DNA of 64,000 bases, taken from assembly GCF_036321535.1 (NCBI RefSeq), contig NC_087437.1, positions 77,936,001 through 78,000,000 of the forward strand, written 5' to 3'. Origin of the DNA: Camelus dromedarius. Lineage: Eukaryota. How positions within the stretch are numbered: position 1 is the first letter of the stretch; each line of letters begins with the position of its first letter. Under the pieces are notes generated by a model. It did not search any database, had not been told where the DNA came from, and was given only the letters and a program-made list of their open reading frames with translations. Positions 40,778-54,600 of this stretch are shown piece by piece. A program made the position numbers and the translations under genes.

Positions 40778-41817
40778 TCCTATTTATAAATCTGGTGTTC
40801 TAGAGAATAGTTAACAGTTACAGTGTACAGAAAATCCAATTAAAATAAGTGAAAGGATTTTGACCTTGTGCCAATGAGCAAGGAAAAAAAATTCAAAAAT
40901 TATATATACGTATATGTAGTCTTTAGTTGACAATACCTTACATTTCAATGTATTTTTAAATTTCCTTTTACAAGTATAGTAATACCCAACTTGCCTTTTT
41001 AAGCTATTATCATTGTTTTCTTTTTTTTTTTTTATTTTGTTCTTCATATTTCCGTAAAGAATATGGTAGATTCCCCCCCCCCCCCACTATGATTCAGAGA
41101 ATTTTTCCTGGTCTGGAAAAAATGCAGGACTGTTCAAATATAAGGCAGGTGCCCCCACTGATGCTTCCACAATCCTGTGGCCAGAAAGAGCAAAGCCTTT
41201 AGAAACAAGTACTCGGTCTGCTAAAGACACGCTCTGATCCGAATCAGCACAAATACCTGGGCTAGTAAATTAATTGATTTTTATTTTCTATCAATGTGCA
41301 GCGTACCAAGCATCATCAGCCGAGAGCAAGTCATGAAAGAGGATTCTTCTTTTATCCCCAAGTGATAAGTGTGGTTACACAAGAATGTTAATATAAAGAC
41401 ATTTCTTTTTCTTATCAGGTGGTGATAATTTGGGAAGAAAAAAGAAATGTAAGTCTATTTAGTAATTGGAACCACATTCTAAGGCAAAGTAATTGCATAT
41501 AATTATCCCTTTCTTTTTAGTTTCCAAATTTAATTTTATGTAAATCAGGTGATTGTCAAACAAAGACTCTCATGATGAAAGTTAAGTTATCTTCTTTAAT
41601 GCTCCTTCTAGACTAACATACCAGGGATGGAAATACTATAAGTCTGAATTTTAACCTCTTCTTTTTGGTTGATTACTGTGACTTGGGCAATTTTTATTTT
41701 AACATTCTTCTATCCCAATTGACCCTTCTAAGAGAAAGAGATAATTAGAATTTCCAAATAGACATTTGATAAGAAGTAATTTAGTATTGGTTTGAAGTGT
41801 TCATTTCTCTTCTTCTC

Positions 41818-41903
41818 TTTTTAATGATGGAGGTACTGGGGATTGAACCTAGGACCTTGTGCATGCTAAGCACATGCTCTACCACTGCGCCATACCCTCC
41901 CCT
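41818..41903 (-). mobile_element. tRNA-derived SINE, camelid Vic-1 family
   Basis: Reverse complement reads ggggagggtatggcgcagtggtagagcatgtgcttagcatgcacaaggtcctaggttcaatccccagtacctcc. Degenerate TSD at 41795-41808 and 41905-41918 (11/14 identical). Confidence 0.9.
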
Positions 41904-42294
41904 AAAGTATTATTTTCTTATTACTAACTTCCAGCATAAGAATAGCTTTCAGAAATATCTACATGTCTGTGTCAAAACTTCGTTTTTCAGCTTCCTAGGA
42001 GAGACCTAATCTCAAGCATTTTGATCATAAGGCTAACTATAAGTAAATACGTACCAGTTGCATCAGGTCCCTGAATCTTGGTTCAAAAAATATGATTACC
42101 GTAGACACATAGCTAGAGATGTCCTTTACATATACTGAAAAAATGTCTGGACCTTGGAATGTAGGCTGACTTCTTCTGTAACCAAGGCCAATATCACTTT
42201 TCTCTCTGGATAATTCTAGGCACAACTATGTAGAGATTTCAGAGTACACAAGTAAATGCTTATTTATGCAGAAATTAAATGTAAGTTTACATGT

Positions 42295-42922
42295 ATTTTT
42301 AATAATAGCTTTATTAAAGTATATTTCATATACCACAAATTTTATCCTTTTAAAGTGTATAATAAACTGATTTTTAATGTATTTGCAAAATTGTGCAATT
42401 ATCACTATTTCCTGAACATTTTTTCACCCCAGAAGAAGCCCTAAACACCTTAGCAGTCACTCTCAGCTCTTGCTTTTATCTAGGCCCTGGCCAGCGCTAA
42501 TCTATTTTCTTCTTATATGAATATGCTTATTCTGGACATATCATATAAATAGAAACACACAATATGTGGCCTTCTGTGTCTGACTTCTTTCACTTGCCAT
42601 AACTTTTTTTGACATTCATCCGTGTTGTGGCATATATCAGCATTTTATTCCTTTCTATGGCTGAATAATATTTCATTATATAAATATACTGAATTTTGTT
42701 TATCAGCTCATCCGCTGATGGACATTTAGGTTGTTTCACTTTTTGGCTATTATAAATAATGCGTTATGAACTTTGGTGTATGTGCTTTTGCATGGACATG
42801 TTTTCAGTTCTCTTGAATAAGTACTCAGGAGTGGAATTGCTAGGTCATATGCTAATTCCATGTTTAAAATTTTGAGGAACTGCCAAATTGTTTTCCAAAG
42901 CTATTGCAACATTTTACATTCT
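42295..42922 (-). mobile_element. L1MB-like 3' end
   Basis: 'atagctttattaaagtata.ttcatatacca', 'ttctggacatatcatataaat..caatatgtgg', 'aggagtggaattgctaggtcatatg..gaggaactgccaaa'. Confidence 0.9.
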
Positions 42923-44650
42923 GAAGACATAAGTATATTTAATTAAAAATTCTGTTAAAATATTGAGGGGAGAATACCCATGTAAATAATAAACATATTT
43001 TGATTTTTTTTATCTGAACAATAGTTATAATTATTACTATAGTATGTTTCTCAGAAAAGCATTTCAAAATATATTCAAAAAATAAATTTTTACCCCACAT
43101 GTTCAAATTACAGCAAAGACACAAACATATAAATTCAAGCACAATGATTCAAGCACAATGATATTGAAATTTCCAGTTTAAATCTCTACTGGTCCAAATT
43201 GACACACAGAATCTAGTTAAATAGGTAAATGTTGACTAGGAAATGGGAGACCTTTAGGGAACTTTTCTCAGAATGAATGCTTCTAGGAGAATGTCTAGAG
43301 ATGATATACTTCTGAAGTCATTAGAAAATAGGTTTGCTATGAATATACTTGCTGAAGTTCACTGAGATTTACGTCCAAAGATATTCATTTTTGCTTTGTG
43401 TGTAATATCGATACCAACAGCAGCAATAAAAAACAAACGTAAGTTTCTTTAAGTAGGATACAGACTGGGAAAGTTACACATCCACACAGTTTCACACAAA
43501 ACAGTCCTTGAAAAGAATGAGGTAGGTCACTATATAAATAGAAGAAACTAAAACAGATTTTCATAAATGTAGAGAAGAGGGTGCTTAATATGAAATCTAT
43601 GTAAAATTGGAATTGAATATATACGTGTATTTAGGTATAGAAATTCTTAGTGTCCAGAATCATTAGAAACTGTAAAGGGCAGTTGCCCTTGAGGAGAAGG
43701 ACGAGGGACTAGGAGATGAGAGAGGTTTTTGTTTTTCATTTTGAACGTTTTGGATAAAGTTTGAAATTTCTAACTTGTATACATATTATTAGTTTCATTT
43801 GTTTCCCCAACAAATATCGACAGGGTTTTCTGGGTACTTAGATTTGTTTTCTCCATACAAAAAAGCATTGTCCTCTCAGATTTATGCACAGTTAAAAGGA
43901 TGAGGTAAAGGCTGCCGTAAAGCTGGACAAGTGCAGCAGTTACTTATGAAAAGATAATATAGCAGTGCCCTGCTGGATGTGCCTCATCACAGTGCTGTCT
44001 AATTCAAATAACAGGGCTGAATGACTTGGCAATGGCAATGGTAAAGTTCAAGGGTGGCTGGGAGCTGGAGCTCCTTCCTGGAGTCAGCTGGAATCCTCAG
44101 AACCTTGCCTGCCTCCTGCTCTGCTTGTGTTTCAATTGCCTGTGGCCGATATCCAGGGGGGTGATTTAGATATTGTGCATCCTAATTACAGTCGGGCAAA
44201 GCCAGGTGCCTGCTAAAACACGCGTTTTAATGTTCTCTGAGGGTTTTCAAATAGAAGACGTGAAAGAGGAAAATGGTACTCTAATGGGGGATTCTGTGCC
44301 AGAAAACCCTGCTCCTCTGCCGTCCCATAGTTAATCTGACACTGAAGCAGGTGTCAGCATTGGAGTTGGTCTGTCTTATTCTGTGGCCAACATCCTCCAT
44401 CCAGAGTTGAGCCCATCAACTGTCCTGACAGAACTGGGTGCTCTGGGAACTCTGCCTAAACTCTAGTTAGTTCAGAAGTCCTAGGGTATCCTAGAAGGGG
44501 TGTATACAGCTAAGCTAACATTATGGTTTTATGAAGATAAATGAGGAGAAATTGGGACCAAATTTCTGTGTAGCTTTGTACCTTATTCATAAAACACCTA
44601 TTTGCTATTCTCTGCTATCTTGTAACCTCACTGATAATAATGCGTTACAG

Positions 44651-44846
44651 CAGTGGTGCTCCACGGGGGTGACTTCACACCCCCTCTCCCAGGACGATGG
44701 CCAATGTCTGGAGACAGTTTTGATTGTAACTACTGAGTAGGGAGAGGCCCGGATTCTGCAAAAATCCTGCAATCCACAGAGAGTCTCACCACAACAAAGA
44801 ATTATCCTATTTGAAATGTTAATAGTGTCGTGGCTGAGAAGCCCTG
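44651..44846. mobile_element. MER20 hAT MITE
   Basis: cagtgg start, 'aatgtctggagaca.ttttgattgt', 'cacaacaaagaattatcc..aaatgttaatagtg..ggctgagaagccctg' end. Confidence 0.85.
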
Positions 44847-45234
44847 AATTAGAGGGGCATAATCAGAGAATCTTCTGAAGATCTTACTTGAATTAGAGGT
44901 AGGAAATCTCAGCTGAATTTAGATCCCACTTTTTTCCTTTTTGGTGGATGGTACTGTCTAAGGTGTAATCATACAGGCCAAACCTTTGGTAACTCAGAGA
45001 AAGCTTCTTTTCCCTGGCCTGCTATGGCTGTCAGCTCAGAGGGGATCTTGTGGGCTCTGCGCAGCGCTCAGTCGGGACTTGAAAGGGAACTGGCCATGCG
45101 GTCTATGCCCACCGTGCACGTGGGACGAGAGAGCCTGGCTTTGCCTAATGCTTCAGAACCTGCTGTGCTTTTCTACAGATTCCTCTATCCCAGTCTCTCT
45201 TCTTTTTCTTGAAGGTATTTAAAACATGGTTTTT

Positions 45235-45482
45235 TTTTTCTTTATTGTGGACTCTTCTACTTCTTTGTCTTTCCCATCATTTAACTTTTCCTTCTCCTTT
45301 ATCTGCCTCTTTTGTCTTTTCCATTTCTATCCTCTCTCCCTCTGACTTTCTCAGATACTACTTCTCCCTTCTTAGATGTTTTCTTGTGTCTTCTGTGTTA
45401 GTCTTTCTTCTTGTGTATCTCTCCTCAGCCTTCTCTCTCTCTCCTTCCCTTCCTTGTTCTTTCTCTGTCCTTTTCTGTTTTG
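45235..45482. repeat. Pyrimidine (CT)-rich low-complexity tract
   Basis: Long C/T-dominated stretch that accounts for ORFs 45209..45583 and 45358..45543. Confidence 0.8.
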
Positions 45483-45788
45483 CTTTGCATTCACGTATCG
45501 ATAGCGCTAAGGCAGAAACTAAGCAGCTGTGCTTATTGGGCACAAATTTAAGGCCTTATATTCTTACTAAAAGAAAAAGATAATGAATTTGCATTCCTTT
45601 AAATTATAAGATCTTAAAAATCTATAGTAAGTATCACTGTACCTCACTTCCTCCAGCAGGACACATGGTGTCTTGTTTGGGATACATGTGTGGACATGTT
45701 ACCGTGTAAACAGCTATGTAATTTAATTACATGTAGTTCTCCATGTACTGATTTCTAGTCCCCTTCCAACTTTTACCTATTAATTTAA

Positions 45789-45840
45789 ACACACACACAC
45801 ACACACATGGATACATGAACACACACACCACGTGCACACA
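45789..45840. repeat. (CA)n microsatellite, interrupted
   Basis: acacacacacacacacacatggatacatgaacacacacaccacgtgcacaca. Confidence 0.85.
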
Positions 45841-46823
45841 TGCTGAAGAGGTGAATTAATGATGGGCTCTTAGGTTTTTTTTTTTTTAAATTGAAGTATA
45901 TATTCTATTCAGACTTGATGAAATCACTGTAGGGAGAGAATCCTTTTACTGCCTCAAGTTATAGCAGATAGGATAGCTGACCGTTTCTCATATGCATTCG
46001 GCCAGCAATGGCTGCAGATTTCTTAAGCTTGCCTCAGCTCTGATCTCAAGTCCTGTGTGAATGTACTGGCTTGGGCCTCCCACCCATGAGTGGTTACAAG
46101 TCCCCACATCCTTGGAATGTATTTAAGGCTTTGAAGTATATTTCACTTTCTCCATGAGGGGAGAGACAAACAATGACTTGAAAGGTGACTTTCTGGCAGG
46201 TGTGTGTCTCCCTGACTGTGATTACTGTGAAATGGGCAGAGACTGTCTGGATTGCACGATGCAGTGCTCTGGGCCTGCACATGTGGGCGTGCCTGGAGAG
46301 CTACTGTTGCCTCCTTACGGGTTGAAATGCCTTATATTTATACTAGATTATGCCTTGGCCATCAGTTTAGACATCAAACCATGTGGCACTCTTTAATTTT
46401 CACAATGCCACACAGACCTCAGTGCCTAGAAAGCAGGTGATTTTTGAAACGGCCGTTGAAGCTACAGAGATGGCATGTGGAGAATCTCCGTGAAGGTGTG
46501 GGCGTGACCCAGCCCTAGTTTCATCAGCACTATAATATGTTGTCGATCTCAGGCTTTTAGGTGGCTGAACTTACTAGGGTTGGAACATTTAAAAATAAAT
46601 GGGGGAAAATGCCATGTGAGGATGACCTTTTGAAAGAAACGTTCAATGTCTGAGACCTAAAGTAACTGACAGAGCCGCTGAGCCATAGGGGTCTGACGAG
46701 AAAGCATTAAAAGGCATCCCTGCTGGATGAGGAATAGCTTTCATTTTCTTTCTTTTTTTCTTTCTTTTTTTTTTTTTCATTGCTAATAGATGACTTTCAC
46801 TATTGTTTTAAAAGAAATCTTCT

Positions 46824-46982
46824 GGGCGGGTGGGGTATAGCCCAGTGGTGGAGCACTTGCTTAGCATGCACAAGGTCCTAGGTTCAATCCCCAGTACCTC
46901 CATTAAATAATAAATAAATAAACCTAATTACCTCCCCCTCACCAAAAAATAATGAAAGACAAAAAAAAAAAAAAAAAAAAAA
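46824..46982 (+). mobile_element. tRNA-derived SINE, camelid Vic-1 family, long form with poly(A) tail
   Basis: gggtatagcccagtggtggagcacttgcttagcatgcacaaggtcctaggttcaatccccagtacctcc...aataaacctaattacctcccc, then a poly(A) tail. TSD aaatctt at 46815-46821 and 46980-46986. Confidence 0.92.
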
Positions 46983-48689
46983 TCTTATGGCCAGAGAATT
47001 TGAAGGGCTGCTATTCATGTAGAGACAGATCTGACAGCAGATAGATTCAGAACATGAAGTACATTGTGAATGTACCAAGAACTGCTTTCTTTTAAATCTC
47101 CAAATCACCCAGAAAATTTACATTACGAAAATATGCAATCTGTTTCTGACACAATTCTCCTTTAAAACTTTGCTTCAGACACTCTCCAGCCTGCACTGAA
47201 TGTTCCACTTATTAATGCTTCTCCCTCCCCTCCACTCCCCTCCCAGCCACCGCCCCCCCCACCCCGCCCCCTTTGGAACACTAATGGCAGGTTTTGTTCC
47301 ACTTTAGATAATGAGCAGGATGAGCCGCAGGTTTCAAGAGGATTTGTGCTATCAGTTGACATAAACAATGAAAGGGAACCTGGACTCATTCCCTGTTTCC
47401 TTTTAACCCTTTCCTGGGAGGGGAGGGGTACCTTGTAGCCATTAGCATATCTCAGAGAGATATGAACAGAAGTGCCTGCTCTGTACATTTTAGATACATT
47501 AAATAAATAATATTTCAAAGCAAGTGATTTGCTTCCCTTTTCAGGGATCTTTTCAAAAGCAGCTTGAGAATTAGTCTGGTTATCCAGAATATTGGATCCT
47601 GTTACCCAAACAGAGATGATCTAGCCCATCAGTGTGGCAGGCACTGATGCTGCACAGGTACCTCTTACAGCGGGCCAGACAGACCCAGCAGCCCTTGCTC
47701 CTTGTGCAGATTTGCTGTCCATCCCTACTCCAAAATGAGCAAAATATCACTCAGAGGCCTCTAACTGCAGCCTCACTCAGTGTTGAAAAAGGATGGAGAG
47801 AACGCTCTTCTCTGATCCTTCATGGGATGCTTGTGGTTGGTATCCTGCGATCCTCCCAGTGACTTATTTCTCTACCAGCCTGCTGTTTCTTCTTCTTCTT
47901 CTTCTTTTTAAAATCATTGTCACATTTAACATTACTCAGCATTTTACACTGTTAATGTTTTATTTAAAATTTTCTTGAAATTAAAATTACAAAGAAAAAA
48001 ATAATCGTTACTCATATCCCTACCACCCAGTAACAACTTGCCATTTTTGAAAGAAAAATCGATATTTTTTGGTAAAAATAATGTATACTCACTGTAGAGA
48101 ATTTAAGCAATATAGAAAAGTACAAAATAACATTTAAGAAAAAAAAAAGCAAAGCCCATTATTTAGGAATAATCCTCATTATTGCAGGCAAACAGAATTC
48201 CAGACATAGTCCAAATAAATAACAGAAAAATAATTTTACAGATATTGGATTATGCTATAGATATCTTCAAAAATAAAAGAACATTAATTTTACTTTTACT
48301 TGAAATCAATGGAGAAAAAGAGATTGAAATGAAAGGTTAAAGGACCTTTTGAATCTCAAATAAATTTATCTTTAAAAAAAGATTTCCTTAAAAATTTATA
48401 AAAATAGTTAAGACTTCTGGTATTATTATGTTTCTTTAAAACAGTATGTTTACTATTTTAAACAATTGAAACCCTGCTGTGAAAGAGAAGAATCCAGAAC
48501 TTTCAACACATCTCAGCTTGCCTACCCTTATATCCTGGATCATATTGCTTATGAAACTGGTTTTGAATCTTCTTAGAATTATATATAAAATGCACATTTA
48601 ATTTTGAAACCATATTTCTCTTGGTTGCTTGGTCATTTTATGTCTAAATGAGCCAGCTTCAAGCGCACAAAGATATTGTTTGATTATTT

Positions 48690-48800
48690 TCAACACTCTA
48701 GCCCCATCACCTAGAGTAGTGCTGGAAACCTAGTAGGCACTCAATATTTATTCAATTGAATTTTATTTTTCTCAATAATATTTACTGAGTTGAATGAAAG
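48690..48800 (+). mobile_element. L2 3' tail
   Basis: 'cacctagagtagtgctggaaacctagtaggcactcaatatttattcaattgaat'. Confidence 0.7.
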
Positions 48801-48899
48801 CATGACTATATTTTTTGAGAATGAATTCAGTGTTCACTTCTATGTCTTTTGATACAGTCTCTCTACTTCTTAGGTGTGTATATTAATTAAAATCTGAAT

Positions 48900-51000
48900 T
48901 GTCTGAGTTTTTTTTCTCCCAACAAGGGCTATAAGTAGCATATTCCTGGAATGTTTTTCATGTTTGATAATGACTTCTTGGCATTTATAACTGAATGGTA
49001 CCTTGTGTGGGTATAATATGAGTCACAGTTTCTGCCCTCAGGACTTCTCACGTATCAGTCCGTTTTTCTGAATCTTGATGTGAAGTTTGAGGTCAGCATC
49101 CTGATTCCTTTTCTTTTCTCTTCCTCCTCCTCTTCCTTCTCCTCTTCTTCTTTGTCTTCTTCTGCTTCTGGTAGGTAATGTTCTTTTTTATCTGCCTTGG
49201 TGTGTATTTAATAGCATTCTCCATCCTACTTGCTGTCTACTTTTGTCTGTTAGGGCCTTTAACATATTAAGCGTAGTTATTTAAAACTCCCTATTTGAGA
49301 GTTCCAACACTGGTATCATATGTAAACCTGATTGTGTTGATTTTTTGAATCTTGGGATATGTTGTTTTGTCTTGCTTTTTCATACGCCTAGTAATGATTT
49401 GTTGCTAGTAGCCATCTATGTAGGACAGCAGAGATTGAGCTACATAGTTTCTATCTCCAGAAATGGATGTACCTCTCTTTCTGTCAGGGCCTTAGAGCAG
49501 GTGTTTGACTGAATCTGGTCTGAGGTTGGGCTGTACTGGAAGTTTATTGTTTCACTGGTTATCTTCAGTGCACCATAGGCATCAAATACCCCTGGTGAGA
49601 CCTCGCGGTTAGAACCAGGGCTGAAATGCCAGAGAGTTTCTCTCAGTGCTTGCTCCTCCTTCAGCTTTAGGACATTCCTTTGCACAGCACCTCAGGGAGG
49701 GTCATCTCCATGCTCTCAGTGCCATATTCCATCATTATTAGTCTGGTGGTGGTGGGAAGTTGCCAATAATAAAGAATAATTCTTTATTATTCTGATTAAG
49801 ATGCAATCGTAGGCGTGCACTGTGTCCCTGGGTATCAGTGCTGTGGCCTTCTTAGTGCTCCTGTGCCTGTTCCAGCTGTAGTTCTTGGTATAAGATACAT
49901 TTCTGCCCCTGCCCCAGAGGTCAAGATTTTTTTCTCTCTTTCCTTCCCTTAGCTGCAGTGGGTCTCTGATAGTGCCCTAAAAGTGACAGAGTTCCCCTTC
50001 TCCTACAAATTAAATCTCTTGTTCCACAGGGATGAGTCCCACTAGAGATTTGTACTGCCCCCACCCCCACATCATGAAAGGCATCCCAGGACTTTCAACA
50101 AGTGGGGTCCATAAAGCAAAAGTCAGCAAGAGAAAACAAACTCTCTTGTATCTGCAGCCTGATGGGCTCCCACGCTCTCTTTGCAGCCCACATTCACTCC
50201 CTCGATTTGTTAACTATTCAAGCCGAATTCTAACTGGTGTTGAACTGTCTTCTTCAGACAAGCAAATGTTCAGATGTCGTTGGTTCCTGAAGGTGTCTGT
50301 CTCTTTGCAACTGTGCATCGTCCTTCCCTACCCTTCCCAGCAGAAACCAGAAGCTCATCTTGATATGGGAGAAAAATATTTCTTTCTATTATTAAAGTTC
50401 AGGTGCTCAATATAATATGTCTTTGTGCGATCATTCTATTTCTAATTTTCCTGTTTGCTCTTGTAATCTGTAGTTGTTCAAGGTAATTTTCTTGAACTAC
50501 ATCACTCAATAAAGTCTGTTACTTACTTATTCATTTTCTGAGTGGATTTCTTACTACAGAAGCAGCAATTATTGTAATGGGACATCTTTGTCTTTTTTTT
50601 TTTTTTTTTACTCATTTGCTTTTCTCTAATTTCTCGAAACTCATTTTCTTTTAGTTTGATGATAACAGTATTTCCTCTCTCTCAATTCTTCGAATTCTAA
50701 GGCTATCTGCTACTTTCTTTGTTCTAATCTAACTTATTTGTCAGTTCTATAGAGATGGTTTCAATCTTCACTTTTTTTCCTTTGGGTCTTCAGTCATCTT
50801 TCTACCTTATTGTTTTATTTTATTATCCATCTTTGAATTTTTGTTTCACTGAATCCATGGGTTTATTAAGTTTTTATATAACATGGAGCAATTGTGAGGA
50901 ATTCCTGTCTTTTCCATAAGATTTACTTTGTTCTAGTTTAGGTTCTTTGTCTTTTGCTTGGTTTATTTTTCTCTTTTTTTTAAATGTGATGTACTTTTAC
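48900..51000 (-). mobile_element. Old L1-derived block (HAL1-like flanks with an L1MC-type 5' region at ~49250-50400)
   Basis: T-rich antisense LINE sequence. 'aacatattaa.cgtagttatttaaaactccctatttg..agttccaaca' resembles the L1MC 5'UTR/ORF1 start, and 'gggtataatat..gagtcacagtttct.ccctcagga' resembles HAL1. Confidence 0.5.
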
Positions 51001-51049
51001 AGTATGTAGTCATGCTCTGTCCAGAATCCAGAGACCACAAATACCTCCC

Positions 51050-51260
51050 TGCCTATTGATCTTAAGCCACTTGTGTAGTCTACAGGTGACATTAGAACTT
51101 TCCCTGAACTGAACTCATCATCTTCCTCCAGGCCACAATGACCACCATATATATTCTTTCTCTACAGCATATCTTTGTTAAGGCCACTACCATTTATCTG
51201 CTTTCCTAATGCAGAAACCTAGGAGTCATTCATGAATGTTCCCTTTTCTTCATCCCCAAG
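51050..51260 (+). mobile_element. L2 fragment
   Basis: 'aactgaactcatcatcttcc...ggccactaccat...agaaacctaggagtcatt'. Confidence 0.65.
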
Positions 51261-51314
51261 AAGCTTTTGCTGTTACTTAGGGAAGGGATGTTGGGGTCTG
51301 ATCTTAGGCAGCGA

Positions 51315-51675
51315 TAGTCTGGATGTGTAAGAAATGTAAGTTTGGGACATATTGGTGGCTTATTTGTTGAATGACCTTGGTCAGTTAATTTAAATGTGCT
51401 AAGGTTTGTTTTCCTCATTTTACAATGGGGGGTGATCTTAGCCCACATCTCGTATTATAGTAAAGTTTAAATTAGATGATAACTCTGGGATTTTCTGTAG
51501 TGCCCTTTTTGTGGAGACCAGTACAGTGCCTCCTAAAGGATAGTTGTTATTTGACATTAAAGTGGATTAATATACCAACAGTTACATAACTTGTAAGGAG
51601 CAGACACGGAATTTGAAACCAGGCCATCTGAGTTCCAACACTAATTTTTTTTTTTCTTAGCACACCATACTGTTC
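51315..51675. mobile_element. Two MIR fragments (plus strand ~51315-51485; minus strand ~51570-51675)
   Basis: 'tgaccttggtcagttaatttaa..ttttcctcattttacaatgggg' and 'ggaatttgaaaccaggccatctgagttcc'. Confidence 0.6.
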
Positions 51676-54600
51676 CAGATGTAGACTGGAAGGAACAGCA
51701 GACTAGAGGGCAGATAAGTGCCAGTCCAGCAATGGGTCAGTGTGCTTCTGGATTGGGTGCTCAGAGCTTTATTCCTTTATTTCAAACCATATGAGGATTC
51801 TGTCACCTGAGCTTTTGAACTTCTTCTGGTCAAGATATCTGAATTTTTATTTAGGTTTTATCTTTTCCTGCTTCTATACTAGCCACTGTAAGAAAGCATG
51901 CTCAAAATATACCCCTTTCACCTTCATCCATATTGATAAATCATGGAAGCCAGGGTTTGTTGTGGTCACAGATTTTATTTGTCCCTCCTGGATCAGTGGG
52001 CAGACCATCAAATGCACAATGCCTTTGTGCCCAGGAAGCCTCCAGAATCATAGATCAGTTGGCAGACAGGCTGTGAAACATGCAATGTTTATGATGATCT
52101 ATGTTGTACAATCGTATGAGATCGATTGTGTATATAATGCTCATCAGTGTGGAGTCATCTGGGGAAGCATCTGCTGAATTTTGTTTGCCAGCTTGAGGAA
52201 AAGATATTGCCAAAAGGTTGGCAAAGGCATTTATGTCCTTATTGTATGGAGCAAATTTATACTTTTTACTGTGACTCCTGGAGTGGAAGAGAAGCAGCTC
52301 CTCACCCTAACCATGACGCCACGCCCACCATTCCATACTCCCCTGAAGATGCGCCATATGCCACCAAATCCTCAAAGGGGTTCGGAGCAGAGATTTTTAT
52401 ACTAATGGAATCATTCTCTGTAATGCAAAAACACAGCTGGAAAATATTCTCAAGCAATAAGAACATCAAAGTGTGCATATTACATACACATCTAAGGATA
52501 TGAGTCTACAGCTGTGGTACTTGCAGTGATTTTTAGTGGACCACACAAATCGATTGATAAAAGGAGAAAGAGTTTATAAGATAAAGATGATACTAGGTTT
52601 TTTCCTGCTCATCTTTCACATAAATTACATACATAAAAACTAAATTATTCATTATGAAAGTATATCTCTGGAAATGTATTTTTTAAGAATCTTATCAAAG
52701 CATAAACTCTCAATCTTGGAACCATAGCTCATTATAAATTGCTAAATTATGGCTTCTATTTCATCCACATGATTTAAAGAAAATTTTCCATCTCCTTATG
52801 GTTTTCAGTACAACATAGAAAATAAATATTCTTTTTTGTCTGGTGGTTTTTATCTTGAAATTCTCTCACATAGTTTAATCAACTTGGAGCAAGGCAGGTT
52901 CTGAAATAGCAATCTCATGTTTTGTTTCTGTGTGTCATCATTTTCCCTACTCAGGAAGCACCATGAACTAGTGAAATACTCTTTAAACCATATTATAACT
53001 CGGTCTGTTCCATGCAGACAGTGACTTTTGCTTATTTATTTGCAGCAGTGAATTTCAACAGCATATAAAGCCAGTGGGCATTTGATAGCCTCACAATAGG
53101 TGTCCTAATCAGATCAATTCAAACTGATCCTGTATATTCATCTTAGTACAAGTGTACTTTTTATCTTATCGGATTTTTTCAAAGCTCATTGAAATGATCT
53201 CCTTTAATAGCCATTCCTGTGGTCCTTCCCAGGAACATAGTTTTGAGTTCCTCAAGGTTTTCAATATTACCTCATTCTTCTTTATATCAAAATTTAGAGG
53301 AAACTTGCTTTTCCCTTGGCTCTTTTGGCTTTAACAGAGACAATAAATTTTCCCATTCTCTTTCCTCTGCTCAGTGATGCCTGTAACCGTATTTTCATCA
53401 CAAAATCCACAAGTAAGATTCTTATTTCCCTTAATAGTATGACTCAATTTGGAAACTTCTTGATCATAGATGAATTAGGCAAGTGTTTTTTCCTGATTTA
53501 TCATTGTGCTATGAATTTCTTCTCCTGAGCCAGTTGCTCATGGCATAATCTTAGGCTGAATTACTCTATCAGTGTTTTCGTCATATTCATCTTCATTGTA
53601 TTTCATCTCTGGTATCTATCTACACATAATCCAAGTCGATGTCTTGTCATAATTAGTTTCCTCTCTCTAGTAATAAGCTTACGCTTCATAGAATCTGACT
53701 TCATTTCTGAGAGTTTTATAGAAAGATAAGATATTTGGCATAATGCTACATTATAAAATTCTCTTCTTGTTGCCATGTATAGTCTCATTTGAATCAATTA
53801 TTATTTAATAAATTATGTTTGGAAGTTAAGAATTTTAAAGTTGGTATATAAATGTAAAAAATGGCAGCTAGATTATATTGAGTGAAAGATTTAGAGACAT
53901 GTTTTGAGTAAGAGGCTAATTAAGTAACTGGAAAATACCAGATATTCCATTTCTAGTCTATCAAAACATAAATGATTTGGGGCAACTTGGAGAGCTGAAG
54001 AATTTTATTGTCAATGTGACAAGGTCAGCAGATGCCCGATAAATAATTTAATATTTTAGAGAGTTGTAACCTTTAGGTCAACATTTTGAGAAATGTTAAA
54101 TTGTAAGCCATTTGGTAGCAATTAGTAAATTACATCTTAAAGCTTATTTGATGATAACTGAATAGTTAGTCTAAAAGCAGAAAATTGCCACTAATACAAG
54201 AGCAACCTCTTACCTTCCTGCTCCTAAATCATTGTTTGCATGATCTATTAAGCAAATGTACTTATTTGTTAATGTACTAGAAAGTGCTGTAGCTAAGGTA
54301 CTTAAAAATTGGTACTGAATTTATACATATATGACATAAACTAAAAGAAATCCACAATTAATACCCACTGGGAAAGAAAGCTGTCTAGTTTGTAATTCTC
54401 TCAATTTGGTTTGGTCTAGAAAGTTATTAAAGGATGAAGCTTTCTTTTCATTTACACTACATTAACTTCTGATTCTGATGGATCACAATTCATTTTCCTT
54501 GTTGTTTTATGTAGCCATGATTCCACCCAGGATGAAAATGAATTTATAAGCATTTGTAGAAGAAGTCAAAGCTTTGAAGATTAGAGGACTGATTATATTG

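Noticed and set aside
43421..43444. Possible 18-nt exon ending in gtaagt
   Set aside because: The pyrimidine tract before the AG is weak, so this is probably chance.
46824..46900. tRNA-like sequence with A and B boxes (also at 10671 and 41818)
   Set aside because: These are SINE heads with A-rich tails (and TSDs at two copies), not functional tRNA genes.
51740..52503. Longest ORFs in the window (145 aa and 118 aa, overlapping)
   Set aside because: GTG starts, no recognisable domain, a composition typical of non-coding DNA, and no clear splice boundaries.
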